From: Octopus vulgaris
Lineage: Eukaryota
Direction: 5' to 3'
Assembly (NCBI GenBank): GCA_951406725.2
Contig: OX597818.1
Span: 64,170,001-64,234,000 of the forward strand
Length of the DNA stretch: 64,000 bases
The position numbers and the translations under genes are program-made. Positions 25,425-38,514 of this stretch are shown here, piece after piece (position 1 is the first letter of the stretch; each line of letters opens with the position of its first letter). The notes under the pieces are model-generated. The model was not told the DNA's origin and searched no databases. It saw only the letters and a program-made list of their open reading frames with translations.

Positions 25425-26975
25425 ATTAACGTTGATGTGTTTTGAACCCATGACGTAACGGAGTAGAAGAAAAATGCTTTGGAAAAAGTGGCTTTTACCT
25501 TGTAAAAAAATTACATATTTTGAGAAGTCATGTAATATTTTCATTACAATAAATTACCCGTGCTGTGAAATCAATCTCAACTTAAGTGGCATAAATATGA
25601 AAGTCGTTTTCGTGAAATTATTTACCGAAACGTATTTTTCTGTAAATCAAAACTTCACACAAATTATATTTCTATGTCCGTGAAACGGACAAAATGGCAT
25701 ATATGTACCATTGAATATTAACTTATTTTACATGGTGTAGACATGAATGCAACACAAGTATTATCACCACGCATTTCCAATGTGTTGCATGTATCAATAT
25801 ATGATGCGAAATATATAAAGTGTCTGAATGATTCTGAACATTTGCTACAATTTGAATATGAATGTGAATATCCTAAAATAAATGTTTCTCGTGTCATTTT
25901 GCTTCCAGAAGGATTAGTTTCATTGAACGACGTCACGAATTGAGAAGTCATAAATATCAGATAACTTTATACATACTTCTGTTACAACAATACGTGTATA
26001 TCACAGTTTATGAATTCATATCATCTTATGTCTACGTATATTTACATCAATTAAAGAAGGAATGCGAGGCAGTAAGGTTTCAGTTAGCTTCTTTATCGAT
26101 ATCTATAAGAAAATTGAAGATACACTGAGGAATTTGAAAGTAGATAGTGCCATAGAATGTTTAACGAAGCGTGAAGCTTATACCACGTTAACATATTATA
26201 GAGAGCATGAACGCAACGAAGAGTGAAATTGGATTAATATGTAAATGCCTACTAAATAATATAAATGTCAAAAACAGGAAAATCACAAATTCCTGGAAAC
26301 CGATAAACAGGGACACACTGTATTAGTCCCTTTCGAAAGTATTGTCCTGAAATTTAGTTGTAGTTATACTGAATTGACAATAAAGGAAACTCCCTCTCAT
26401 CATGTATGCAAATAACCGGAACAGTCAAGCGTCCATCATTCACAATTTAAAAGAGATCTGTAGTTTATCACTCGAGAGAATTTGTGCTAATTTTTGTTAA
26501 TTTAGAAATTGTTATTTAAACAAAGATATTTCTTACTGCATTTAACATGTAAAGTTGCTTCTCAAACAACATCCCAGTATTTCATCTTGCATTTAGACTC
26601 GCCGCTGTATTAGATAATATCTGTGTAAATAAGGAGATTTAATGAGTTTTGTAAGGTGCTAAATATGAGAATGAAATATTTTGAAAATTCAGCTGCACCG
26701 TAACTATTCGGTTCCAGCGGTGTTGCCTACAATCCTGTTTACTATACAGAATTTCATTCTTCTAAGTTCAAACTTCTACTTTCCTTAGGACAACGCTATT
26801 TTCATAAGCATTGCGTTGTAATTTCATAATAAACGATAATGATAGAAATAGGAAATAGCAGAATTTCACATCGACTTCACGTTTGTGAATGAAAAAAGGA
26901 TTCCAGTGATATTAATTTATGATGACGCGTTTGATAGCGCTGAAATATTCATCACTGTCCACGCATAATACTTTG

Positions 26976-27137
<162 letters not shown>

Positions 27138-27697
27138 ATTTTGGCACTTTTGGTAAATTGCATACGACAGACTTGAGTTATTTAAAGTAACGGAAAAGAG
27201 CAGGCAGAGTTGATGATACTTATTTATTGAACATGCATATATAAGGATCAACAAAAATGGGACACATCAAAATATTGCTACTAAATAAGAGTTTATTCAC
27301 TGTTATTTAAAGCAAGTAATACAGCCATATTTAAGGATCTTGTATTTTGTCAGTTGGCGCGAAAATAATCCGTGCTGAGCAAGGGTATATGGGTTGCCGT
27401 TGAGTGCGGTTTTCTCTACGTCCGCCTGTTTGATATTGGACTGTCTCATGTCGGTTATGCATGTTCTGCAACACGTAGTTATCGGACGACTTCTCTCTCT
27501 CTCTTATCTCACTGGTAATACTTGTTTTAGAATAGTGCTGTTCTGGAAACCAGATGATATGACCTCCTAGCTTCAGTTTTAGTTCATTCGTGATTGCGAA
27601 AAGTGGTCGTGTTTTTGGTTCTCTTTAGAACGTATTCATTACTTACGTGGTTTGGTGGTTAAGTTATCAGAAGCCTATTAATACATATTTGATTGAA

Positions 27698-28295
27698 GAG
27701 GACGAGCTGGCATAAATGTTAGCATGACGGACGAAATGCTTAGCGATATTTCGTCTACCGTTACATTCTTAGTTCAAATTCGGCCGAGGTCAACTTTGCC
27801 TTTCATCCCTTCGTGGTTGATAAATTAAGTACTAGCTACGCACTGGGTTGTTGTAATTGACTTAATTCCTTTGTCTTTCGTTGTTTGACCCCTCTGTGTT
27901 TAGCTCCTTGTGGACATTGAAGAAATAAGAAACGTTTGCCGACGGGCGAAGTGCTTAGCGGTATTTCGTCTGCCGTCACGTTCTGAGTTCAAATTCCGCC
28001 GAGGTCGACTTTACTTTTCATCCTTTCGGGGTCGATAAATTAAGTACCAGCTACGCATTGGGGTCGATGTAATCGACTTAATCCGTTTCTCTGTCCTTGT
28101 TTGTCCTCTGTGTTTAGCCCTTTGTGGGTAGTAAAGAAATTGGTATTTCTTCTGCCGTTACGTTCTGAGTTCAAAACCCGCCTTTCATCCTTTCGGGGTC
28201 GATAAATTAAGTACCAGTTGGATACTGGGGTCGATCTAATCGGATGGCTCCTTCCCAAAACTTTTCGGGTCTTGTGCCTAGAGTAGAAAGAAAGG
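27698..28295 (+). mobile_element. SINE family C trimer within one perfect 18-bp TSD
   Basis: TSD aatacatatttgattgaa at 27680-27697 and 28296-28313. Three units, the last with the alternative tail cttgtgcctagagtagaaag. Confidence 0.92.
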
Positions 28296-28879
28296 AATAC
28301 ATATTTGATTGAAAACATCTATCATCCTGGTCAAAACAATATATTAATACCTAGTGTTACCCTGTTCTTTCTCAGCTAACGTCACACCATTTCATTTGGT
28401 CAAAAACAGGATTTGCTTCCTGACATAGAAATGTAGATAGAAAGGTCAGCGTAGGACTTATGTCTATTAATATCTCACAGGGCAATAACATTACTTTACC
28501 GTTTGTAATTTTGTGAAACATCTGAAATATTGGCAGTATACAACGAAACCATGAATATAAAAAAGTACATGACGTGGCTATATCCGAATTTTCCACGCGA
28601 TGTCATAATTTAATTAAATTGTGAGGTGTACATTATTCGACAAATTATTTTCACGATGTTAATGTGTCAACACACGAAGGTAAATCAAACAGCTATTTAT
28701 ATTCTAGCTAACCAACGATGTTTGGTACTTAACTCTGAATTTGTATACGTCTATAAATCACCAAATTGGTAAAATACTCGTTTCACAAATTCCGAGAACG
28801 GGATTTTACTGCTGCAGTAATTGTCATCTTTATTATACCACTAAAGTTTCGTGACGTCCTATTCCTAGACATTAATCTG

Positions 28880-29314
28880 TTTCTTTATCACCAACAAGGG
28901 GTTAAACACAGAGGGGACAAACAAGGACAGACAAACTTATCAAGTCCATTATCGACCCCAAAATGATGAAAGGCAAAGTCGACCGCGGTGGAATATGAAC
29001 CCAGAACGTGACGGCAGACGAAATACGGCTACGCATTTCGCCCGGTGTGCTAACGTTTCTGCCAGCTCGCTGCCTTCATTCTATTTCTTTATTACCCACA
29101 AGGGGCTAAACACAGAGGGGACAAACAAGGACAGACAAATGGATTAAGTCGATTACATCGACCCCAGTGCGTAACTGGTACTTAATTTATCGAACCCGAA
29201 AGGATGAAAGGCAAAGTCGACCGCGGTGGAATATGAACCCAGAACGTGACGGCAGACGAAATACGGCTACGCAATTCGCCCGGTGTGCTAACGTTTCTGC
29301 CAGCTCGCCGCCTT
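28880..29314 (-). mobile_element. Two tandem family C SINE units
   Basis: Units at about 28880-29076 (internally deleted) and 29082-29314 share the variant gaccgcggtggaatatgaacccag. Flanked by att..agacattaatc on both sides. Confidence 0.88.
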
Positions 29315-29681
29315 CATTTCCAGACATTAATCCTACAACTAGTATTCTTAAAAATGTTTGATTCTATAAAATACTCTCAACGCAATCTATGTTCAAATAA
29401 TGAAAGTGTACTCATTGTTTCTTTGTTTTTTTTTTAATTTTCCTGTTTATTATTTTCTGGTTGCTATGTATTCACTATTTCAATGTGAAATGTTTGTCCG
29501 AATTCAGATTCTACGATCAACCGTTTCGATCTTCCAAGTAGGTCGCTGCGTTCCATAATTAATCGTACTGAGTAAAGAGCCGAATTAATCTCTGTTGAAT
29601 AAATCTCTACTTGACGGTTTACAAAAGAGCAAGGCCTGTAGTTTTCCTATAATTAAATTCTACGTTACATTCATGAGAGAA
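29240..29681. repeat. Dispersed duplication copy 1 (partner 34061-34499)
   Basis: SINE C head plus about 365 bp of non-SINE flank (agacattaatcctacaactagtattct...acattcatgagagaa) repeated 4.8 kb downstream. Confidence 0.93.
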
Positions 29682-29921
29682 TTTCCAATATAGCACTGGG
29701 ATAAAGCGGTTATTCAATGGGACTTTTATCCTTTTCACCTGATAAAATGAGATCACCTATAACAGATAATCATGTACCTATAATATTGAGAAGACCCACG
29801 TGATTTAACAGGCGTCTGTTTATCTATCCATCTATCTATCTATCTATCTGTCTATATATCTATATATCTATCTATCTGTCTGTCTGTCTGTCTATCTATG
29901 TATCTATGTATTATCTATCTA

Positions 29922-29967
<46 letters not shown>

Positions 29968-29974
<7 letters not shown>

Positions 29975-30972
29975 TACATTATATAAAAGGGCTTAGTAAA
30001 ATAAATTACTTTGCCGCATACTGAACTCATTAGAAATAGCAGCTAAAAACTTTTTAAAGCTATTTCTAATACTTAAAGAAAATCTCTCTCATATATAGTG
30101 TTTGCTTAATTCAACTCACAAAAGTTTGGGGGTAAGGACATCAAAAAATCAAATGCTAAGGTTATTTGAGAACGTACGTTGAATTAAGCAAACACTATAT
30201 ACGAGAGAGATTTTCTTTAAGTATTAGAAATAGCTTTAAAAAAGTTTTTTAGCTGCTATTTCTAATGAGTTCAGTATGCGGCAAAGTAATTTATTTTACT
30301 AAGCCCTTTTATATAATGTAATAATTTGAATTCGCCTTAAATGGTCCCTTTGCATACTGAACACTTGGTGAAATTGATTAATAATTAATTAATTTTACCC
30401 TCAATTGTTGAAATTATAATTAATCTCCCTCTAATTAATGCTTCGGATTTTACCTAAATAAGCATAGTGTTTGATGATTTTAACCCACGCTGGTGGAGAG
30501 GGGAGAACAGAAATTCTTCGCTTGCTTATTTGGGTTTGTTGGCACTGTTAGTTGCGAGCAGATCTTCGAGAGCGATGAGAAGCCGAAAGGGTATGTTCTT
30601 ACTTTCAGTGTTTCCAAATCCAAACCAAGGAGTTTTTGAGCTGATGATAGAAGTGTTGTTTTGACTAATCTTGAAACGTACGTTCTCAAATAACCTTAGC
30701 ATTTGATTTTTTGATGTCCTTACCCCCACACTTTTGTGAGTTGAATTAAGCAAACACTATATATGAGAGAGATTTTCTTTAAGTATTAGAAATAGCTTTA
30801 AAAAAGTTTTTTAGCTGCTATTTCTAATGAGTTCAGTATGCGGCAAAGTAATTAATTTTACTAAGCCCTTTTATATAATGTAATAATTTGAATTCGCCTT
30901 AAATGGTCCCTTTGCATACTGAACACTTGGTGAAATTGATTAATAATTAATTAATTTTACCCTCAATTGTTG

Positions 30973-30980
<8 letters not shown>
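29968..30980 (+). mobile_element. Hammerhead-bearing 562-bp repeat unit in partial tandem with an inverted 5' copy, inserted in (TA)n (Penelope pseudo-LTR/retrozyme-like)
   Basis: Direct repeats 30178-30418 and 30740-30980 (offset 562). 29968-30180 is the reverse complement of 30675-30889. (TA)n on both sides. No long ORF. Confidence 0.85.
30635..30690 (+). ncRNA. Putative type I hammerhead ribozyme
   Basis: Stem I TTTGAG/CTCAAA; CTGATGA (30641-30647); imperfect stem II; GAAA (30673-30676); palindromic stem III ACGTACGT; predicted cleavage after T30684. Confidence 0.72.
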
Positions 30981-31008
<28 letters not shown>

Positions 31009-31012
31009 TGTA

Positions 31013-31120
<108 letters not shown>

Positions 31121-31350
31121 TGTATGTATATATATAATATATATATAAATATCTATATATCTATCTATCTACATACCTATCTACCTACCTACCTCCCTAT
31201 CAGGCTGTCTGTATGTCTGCATGTCTGTCTATCTGCTTGCCTGTCTGTCTATGTAGAGTAATCCTTCGCCATATCGCGATACACATATCACGTTTTTTTT
31301 TTAAATTTAAGCTTACGCTGATTCCTCCCTGGTGTTGTCTTGCTTTTCTA

Positions 31351-32643
31351 GTAGGTGGGCAACTAAGTTCCCGCCGTTTTTTTAAATAATTTATATGTTT
31401 TAAAAGGTTTAATAAACAATGACAACTAATTAATCAATAATGTATTCACCCTTGTTGTTTACAACTTCTTCCCAACAACGTTCAACAAGATTTTCAATAC
31501 CTGTTGGTGGAAATCACCCGATTTCCACTCGAAAAATTGATCCAACCAAGCTCTCAATTCTGCATCAGTATTAAACTCACCGCATTGAATTTGAAAGAGA
31601 TCGAAAGATGTGCAAATCCGTTGGTGCCAAATCAGGAGAGTACGGTAGGTGTGGCAGCACTTCCCCGCCGTGCGTTTGAATGTCTTTCTTGGTCATATTG
31701 GCGATATGCGAGCGGGCGTTGTCGTTCAGCAGAAGAACTCTATACTGCCGATTAGGTCTTTTCTCTTGAATATCCGTGTTGAGTCATTCCATCTGTTGAA
31801 TATAGAGTTCCGCGTTGACCGTTTGGTTCCGTTCAAGCAATTCGTAATGGATAATCTTTTCCTAGTCCCACCATACGCACAACATCGTTTTACGCGAATT
31901 AAAATTTTGTTTCACACGCGGTATCACTTGTTTACCAGGGCTAAATAATTCCTTACGCTTCTTCATATTGATGTACGGGCCCCCTTTTTCGTCGCCAGTA
32001 ACGATTCGGTAAAGAAATCGTTGCTTATGTCCATGAGTTGAGCGGTGACAAGCAAGCAAACCAGCGGAAATTGTGGCTCGTTGATTTTTGTTGTTGTAAC
32101 TTAAAGCATGCGGAAACCATGCTCCATACTTTTGAACCTTTCCCACCGAGTGAAAATTCTTCTCTATAGCAGTTTGGAAGCATTCCATTTTCTCTGCCAG
32201 TTCCCTTATCCTAGGAGAATTGTCGTGCATAAGTTGGTTTAATCGCTCCTCATGGAACTCAGCTGGACGGCCAGAACGAGGTGTGTCTTTGAGGTCAAAA
32301 ATTTCATTTTTGATCTTGGCATGCCAAGCACGAACGGTTCTTTCAGCTATGGTAACCCTCTCCATGCACAGCACAAATGTCGTGAGCTGCTTTTGCGGCC
32401 TTAGAACCTTGATTAAAAGTAAAAAGAACGAGGTGTCGAATATGCTCGTTTTTCTTAAATTGACATTCCATTTTAATGATTTGAAAATAAATAAAAATTA
32501 ACTAAAATTGACTAGAAAAACAACAAAATAGATTCCATAATGATTCGAAAACAGAATTCTCGAAAAAAATGGATTCCGAAATCTAAAAACGCAATAAATT
32601 CCAAAATTAAAAGAAAACGGTATGAACATAGTTGCCAATGCAA
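31351..32643 (-). mobile_element. Full-length decayed mariner DNA transposon (1293 bp)
   Basis: Imperfect TIRs gtaggtgggcaactaagttcccgccgtttt / aaaacggtatgaacatagttgccaatgcaa. TA on both sides. Typical 1.3-kb length. Confidence 0.93.
31430..32471 (-). pseudogene. Mariner (DD34D-type) transposase pseudogene
   Basis: MECQFKKNEHIRH start, PRSGRP, WFPHAL (WVPHEL), IVTGDEK, MLCVWWD, DNARSH, LPHLPYSPDLAPTDLHIFRS. Interrupted by stops and frameshifts. Confidence 0.93.
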
Positions 32644-33462
32644 TATTTCGTGTATTTTCTATCACGAAGGATTTTGGAACGTCACACCCGCGAGAGTCGA
32701 GGTATTACTGTACTTATTTATATGTGTATGTGTGCTTGTGATTGCATATGTGTATTTGTATGTGAGAGAGACAGAGAGAGGAAGGGAAGGAGAGAAAATA
32801 ACCAAGCCAGGATCAGCGTCACAGAGAGCATCATCGAAGACTCCAGAACAACAATATAGTAGGTAAATGAAGTACGCTTTCACACATATACATATGATCC
32901 AAGAAGCACATAGCCATGAATATGTTACACCTTCAAATATAGCAAGAGATAAACCAGAACACATGTCAGTGGACACATTTATGTTAAAACACAATAGATA
33001 TTTTAAACGAAGAAACGAGCACAGAACCTACGCAAAAGCCACACTCAGTTATAATCATAAGTAGGATCTCATCAGGATGATAACACAATAGGGAGCGGTC
33101 ACACTTGTATGAATATCCTCATATAAGCTGGACACGGTCGATCAAACTTCTGATTAGGTTTTCATGCATAAACTTACCTTACATAGGTTATAATCGAAAA
33201 TTTATGTATTGTAATCTATATTTAAGGAAGGTATACTTAATTATGACATAAAGAGTGTGGGTGAGTGTTTGTGTGGGTAATTCAATATGTGTGGTCCCGT
33301 GTGCGTGTGTGTAAGTGTTTGTGTGTGTGGAGGGGTTTATTTGTGCATGGGCACTGAAAGAAAGAGAGAAGGAGAAAGTAATTTGTTAGGAAAATGTAAT
33401 ATAAATTACAGCTTTTAAAACCGTCGCTGTGAAACAAGAGTGTTGTTTTTCACTGAACAAAT

Positions 33463-33498
33463 ACTACTAATACTACCACCACTACTACTACCACCACC

Positions 33499-33538
<40 letters not shown>

Positions 33539-33649
33539 TTACTACGTGCTGCTATTGCTGTTGCTGCTACTAATACTACTACTCATTATGAAGATAATGG
33601 TGATGGTGATGATGAGGATGACGATGATGATGATGATGATGATGATGAC
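33463..33649. repeat. Compound trinucleotide repeats (CTA/CCA/GCT/GAT)
   Basis: Direct reading. Confidence 0.95.
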
Positions 33650-34060
33650 TGAATGTATTACTAGTTATATGACGTAGTTTAGCCTGTTGGCTAATTATAA
33701 AAAGCAACTTTTTTCTTTTAACTATACTGAGAATGTAAAAAAATTTATTTCAATGAGAAATCACAACCAAGAATTCATGGTAGACGCAGCTTTTTTCTAT
33801 TTTTAATATAATTAATCAATACGATTCCCTCAACAAGACCTGTTACAAGGTTTCAGATAAATCTTTTGCAGTAAAACTACAGGTGTGACTTTTTATGCCA
33901 AAACTAGACAAAAGAAACGGATAAGATAAAAGTAGTTATTCCATTCGCATAAAAAATGAAGAAGCGATAACATCCTAAAGTTTTTCACATTTATATTTCG
34001 AATCATTAGAGTTTTTAATGCCCAGCATTGTGTGATAGCTATGAAAGCTGAGAGCAAACT

Positions 34061-34499
34061 CAGAACGTGACGGCAGGCGAAATACGGCTACGCAATTCGC
34101 CCGGCGTGCTAACGTTTCTGCCAGCTGGCCGCCTTCATTTCTAGACATTAATCCTACAACTAGTATTCTCTAAAATGTTTGATTCTATCATATACTCTCA
34201 ACGCAATCTATGTTCAGATAATAAAAGTGTACACATTGTTTTGCTTTTTTAAAAATGTTCCTGCTTATTATTATCTAGTTGCTATGTAGTCACTATTTCA
34301 GTGTGAAATGTTTGTCCGAATTCAGATTCTACGATCAACCGTTTCGATCTTCCAAGTAGGTCGCTGCGTTCCATAATTAATCGTACTGAGTAAAGAGCCG
34401 AATTAATCTCTGTTGAATAAATCTCTACTTGACGGTTTACAAAAGAGCAAGGCCTGTAGTTTTCCTATAATTAAATCCTATGTTACATTCATGAGAGAA
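34061..34499. repeat. Dispersed duplication copy 2 (partner 29240-29681)
   Basis: See copy 1. Only the SINE head is present in this copy. Confidence 0.93.
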
Positions 34500-34729
34500 C
34501 GAATGACGCATTGTTGTTAATACTAAAAACGAATGAAACTCTATACAATTCAGAAAAGTGAAGACAAAAGAAAAACACTTATGAAGGAAGACTGAACAAT
34601 TAAAATGTGAGTGTTAGTGAATGAAAGATGGCAGATGGAGAATTACAAGGCAAAACATATTTGAAAATAATTTCAAACGTCGAAGTCATAAAAAGGCAGT
34701 ATTATGATATGTATCTATGTACACACACA

Positions 34730-34825
<96 letters not shown>

Positions 34826-35214
34826 TAAATTAGAGATAAAACCACTATTAGGCAAATCAAACAGTGAAAAACATAAGCCAATACATAAAATTAATTTTAA
34901 AATATAAAAGTTAAAAATTAAAAAAATTATTTAAATAATTTAAACTTGTAAATTTTAAATATATATATACAAATATATATATATGTATGTATATTTTTAT
35001 AGTTATATATTATTATTTTTTTATATATATAAATAAATATCAAAAGTATTAAAAGTTTAGTAAACATTTAATAAAAGATAAAGGGTAAAACACATATAAT
35101 ATATAATATATAATATAATATAATATAATATATTTATACTATAAAATTGGATTTAATCCTAAATCTAATTTTTTCCTGTAAGTTTGGATTTATTCCTTAA
35201 TATTATTATTATCA

Positions 35215-35264
<50 letters not shown>

Positions 35265-36598
35265 CAGCCTTTTTATGACTTCGATATATATATACATAGA
35301 GAGAGTCTATAGGAATACCAAAGTTTTAAATATCTTCGTCGCAGACTTGAGGCAACGCTCCAATTTCGTGGAATAGTAAAAAAAAAAAAAACGTTAATGA
35401 GGGCGGGTTATTTCCACTTAATCAGACGGAAACTTAATCTTCATAGACTCGGACAGGCCAAACGAACAAAATAGGTGATCCAATTTTCTAGGGAGTAGCG
35501 CTTGAAGTGGATGCATTTAGAAAACACCTCTTTACCGTCGTTTATTGCGCGACGTTTCGTATAGTCCTTAAGCAGTGAAGTATGCTAAATTATTTTATAA
35601 ACTTTTGTGTTTGAATTAATTAATATATATAAATTTAATCCTTATCTAGATAGATATACGTATATATTTCTGTGTATAGAATTGTGTATATTTGTGTGAT
35701 GTAAAGATATATAGAATATATATGTATATTAACTCATATATATGAAAGCGCACATATATATCTATTCATAAGTATATATATGTATATATAAATATCTATA
35801 TACATGTATGAGTATAGGTATACATATGTATATATGTATGGGAAAATATAATATAATATATAAGAATATATATAATATATAATATATAAAAGAGTAAAAA
35901 GGAATATAGCGCATATATCTTAATTTAATTTTTTTTTATTTTAGCTCGTTTTTCGTATTGAGTAGATTTCGTTTTTCGTTTTCTTCCAATAAATGGAAAA
36001 ATATTTATCTCCCTTATATTTACCCTATATATTATCGAAAAATTCGTAGTTTAATCTTTCTTACAATTTTATTTTTTAAAAATTTCAATTAATATATAAA
36101 CAAAATGTTTACCATATATATGTGTGTGTGTGTGTGTGTGTATGGAATTGTATATGTAAGTAAGATGTAGATATATATGAAGATAAATACGTAAACTTAT
36201 GTATGTGAGTAAGCAGGTATGTATGTATATATATATATATATATATAGTTCCTCAAATATATATAATGCGAATAAACTGGATTTCAGATAAGTGCTCCTC
36301 GTATGAGAAATGTGTAAATCCTTAAAGATATTTAGGGATTCAGTAAAAGGGATTATTTATTATATCGTAAATGCAGGAAAAATTTCATCAAACAATTTAA
36401 GAAGATGTTCGTTCATGCTATAAGTAATATTGTATTAATAGATAAATATATAATGTATGATTATATGAAACAGTTTCAGATATCTTACCATCGTTTCAGG
36501 AATGTATTACCCTTCGAAATGAAATCCAAATTTGACAATCTTTATTAGGTGGTAATCATTATTATAAAATTGATAATCATTTTTTCTCGTCTCAGATA

Positions 36599-37082
36599 TG
36601 ATTTGGTATTGATTTTTTTTTTCGAATCATATAAACGTTTCACACGAACTTAACTGTGCACTCTTCTTTCTTTCTTACTCTTGTACACATAATGTAGTTT
36701 ACAAATGCGTAAACATCTGTAATATCATATGAAGCACCAGTGACCAATCATTTTCTAGCAAATTCTACATAGTACCAATCACACTAACCGTGAGAACCTC
36801 CATTCAGCTATCACATATTTTATGTTGGCACATGAATTTGTGTTGTAAATAGTGAAAGGCAAGCGAACACCAAGCTACATATACAGGAGTAGGAGTGGCT
36901 GTGTGGTAAGTAGATTGCTTACCAGCCACATAGTTCCAGGTTCAGTCCCACTGCGTGGCACCTTGGTCAAGTGCAATATACTATAGCCTCAGGCCGACCA
37001 AAGCCTTGTGAGTGGATTTGGTAGACGGAAACTGAAAAATGTCCGTCGTATATATGTGTATATACATATGTGTGTGTATATG
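36599..37082. repeat. Dispersed duplication copy 1 (partner 45828-46311), including a SINE B 5' half (36884-37082)
   Basis: tgatttggtattgatt...aagctacatatacagg.gtaggagtggctgtgtgg...atgtgtgtgtatatg is near-identical 9.2 kb downstream. Confidence 0.95.
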
Positions 37083-37293
37083 GGAGAGATGCTATTTCAA
37101 ATCCTATGATAAAGATGTTGTTTAAAACGTTACTGGTGTAGATGTGTATTGGTACAAATTTGGGCTAGAATATTGAAAATAAATTATATAAATCCATTGT
37201 AAAATACATTTGTAGAAATCCATAATGGCTGTGTGTAGATAGAAGGGCCATAATGCCTTTTCTCTTCAGTATGTAATCCATAAATGTAAAGAA

Positions 37294-38390
37294 TTCTTTA
37301 TTTCCCACAAGGGTCAATATAGAGGGGGCAATACAACATGGGGACAAGAAGACGAATGTAATGAATGAAGAAGATAATGGATTAAGATGATTAACTGTTA
37401 GTCTTCATTTTTTCTGAAGAACGTGTATATTTAATCAACGTGAAGATTATGATCATCTGTCCACTTTGGTATTCATAGACCCCTCTTCTACTTCCTCGGA
37501 ATTTTATTTGTCTCTTGTCGGCGCTGAGGGTTACAAGCTTTTCTCTGGTCTTTACGGGCGGCGGACGAAAATCCGCTCTAATATGGCCTTTCAAACCCCA
37601 TTTCTAGCATCACGGTGTCCTGCCTTCCACTCTGACTCTCGAATGTCACATCTTCTATGGTGATGGTCTCCCCTATGATTTCACGGTCCTTCGGGGCCGC
37701 CTGGATTACCATGACCAGGTTGTGCCCTTGCCAGTTCTTGTGCGCCGTTCTTGTAGGACCGCTATTTTTTCTTCCTTGCACAGCAGTACGGTAGGTGCTA
37801 GCCAGGTTACATCACTCTCAGGTATTATCTTCTACCCTAACCATGGAAACACGCGTCCCAAGTCATATGGATAGAAGTACCATTTCTTCCGTCATTAATA
37901 TTGTGGCCGTGTGTAGCCTGGCTATAACTGCCTCTCGGAACTGCACCTCCATCCTTCCAAACTTTCTTCCTCTGAAAAGGTAAACTTCTCCTGCCAGATT
38001 GGTTTTAAAGCTTCCTCGACTTGCACGGTCGACATGATTTTTATTTTCTTTGTTTTTACAGAGTATGTCTTGTACATGAGGTTTCTGTCCTTAGATGCTT
38101 TTAAATTTTATTTAGGATGGGACACCTTTACATCGAACTTCTCTCTACGAAGCATATTATAATACTTGCTTAATTCCGATAATTCAGCTTCGTTGCTGTG
38201 GCTCTTGGCCACTACGGCAAAATTTCTTTTCCTCCTTTTCTTCTTCTTTTGTCCCTCAATTGCATTCACAACCTCCAGTATTTCCTCCTCGGAAGACGGA
38301 AGCTCGGAGGAACTGAGGTTTTCATACTCCATCAGTGGCACCAGTGCTACCACTTTCGAAGAAAGGGTAGGCTTCAACAAAGTGCCGTAA
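37294..38390 (-). mobile_element. Decayed non-LTR ORF1-like (zinc knuckle) retroelement without ORF2, ending in a SINE C-like tail
   Basis: MEYENLSSSELPSSEEEILEVV...KKKKRRKRNFAVVAKS near the 5' end; WQGHNLVMVIQA; EGRTP*C*KWGLKGHIRADFRPP (decayed CX2CX4HX4C, about 37560-37630); 3' end ttgccccctctatattgacccttgtgggaaataaagaa. Confidence 0.65.
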
Positions 38391-38514
38391 CAGAGAAAAA
38401 TAAAGTGTAAATCAGTGTTTAAAAACACGAAGCCATCAGCAATGAACACATTTTGAATTACAAATGATTTCAACTGATGTACATAAGTGTAAGTAACAAA
38501 TAAATGTAAAAAAA

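Larger units (their letters stand above)
31256..32710. mobile_element. Tigger/pogo-like MITE (about 160 bp) split by the mariner insertion
   Basis: TA-gagtaatccttcgccatatcgcg ... cgcgagagtcgaggtattactg-TA: imperfect CAGTA-type TIRs with TA flanks. Confidence 0.65.

Noticed and set aside
33440-33652. Poly-Pro/Leu/Asp ORF resembling a signal peptide plus acidic tail
   Set aside because: Compound triplet repeat with a non-ATG start and no supporting exon context.
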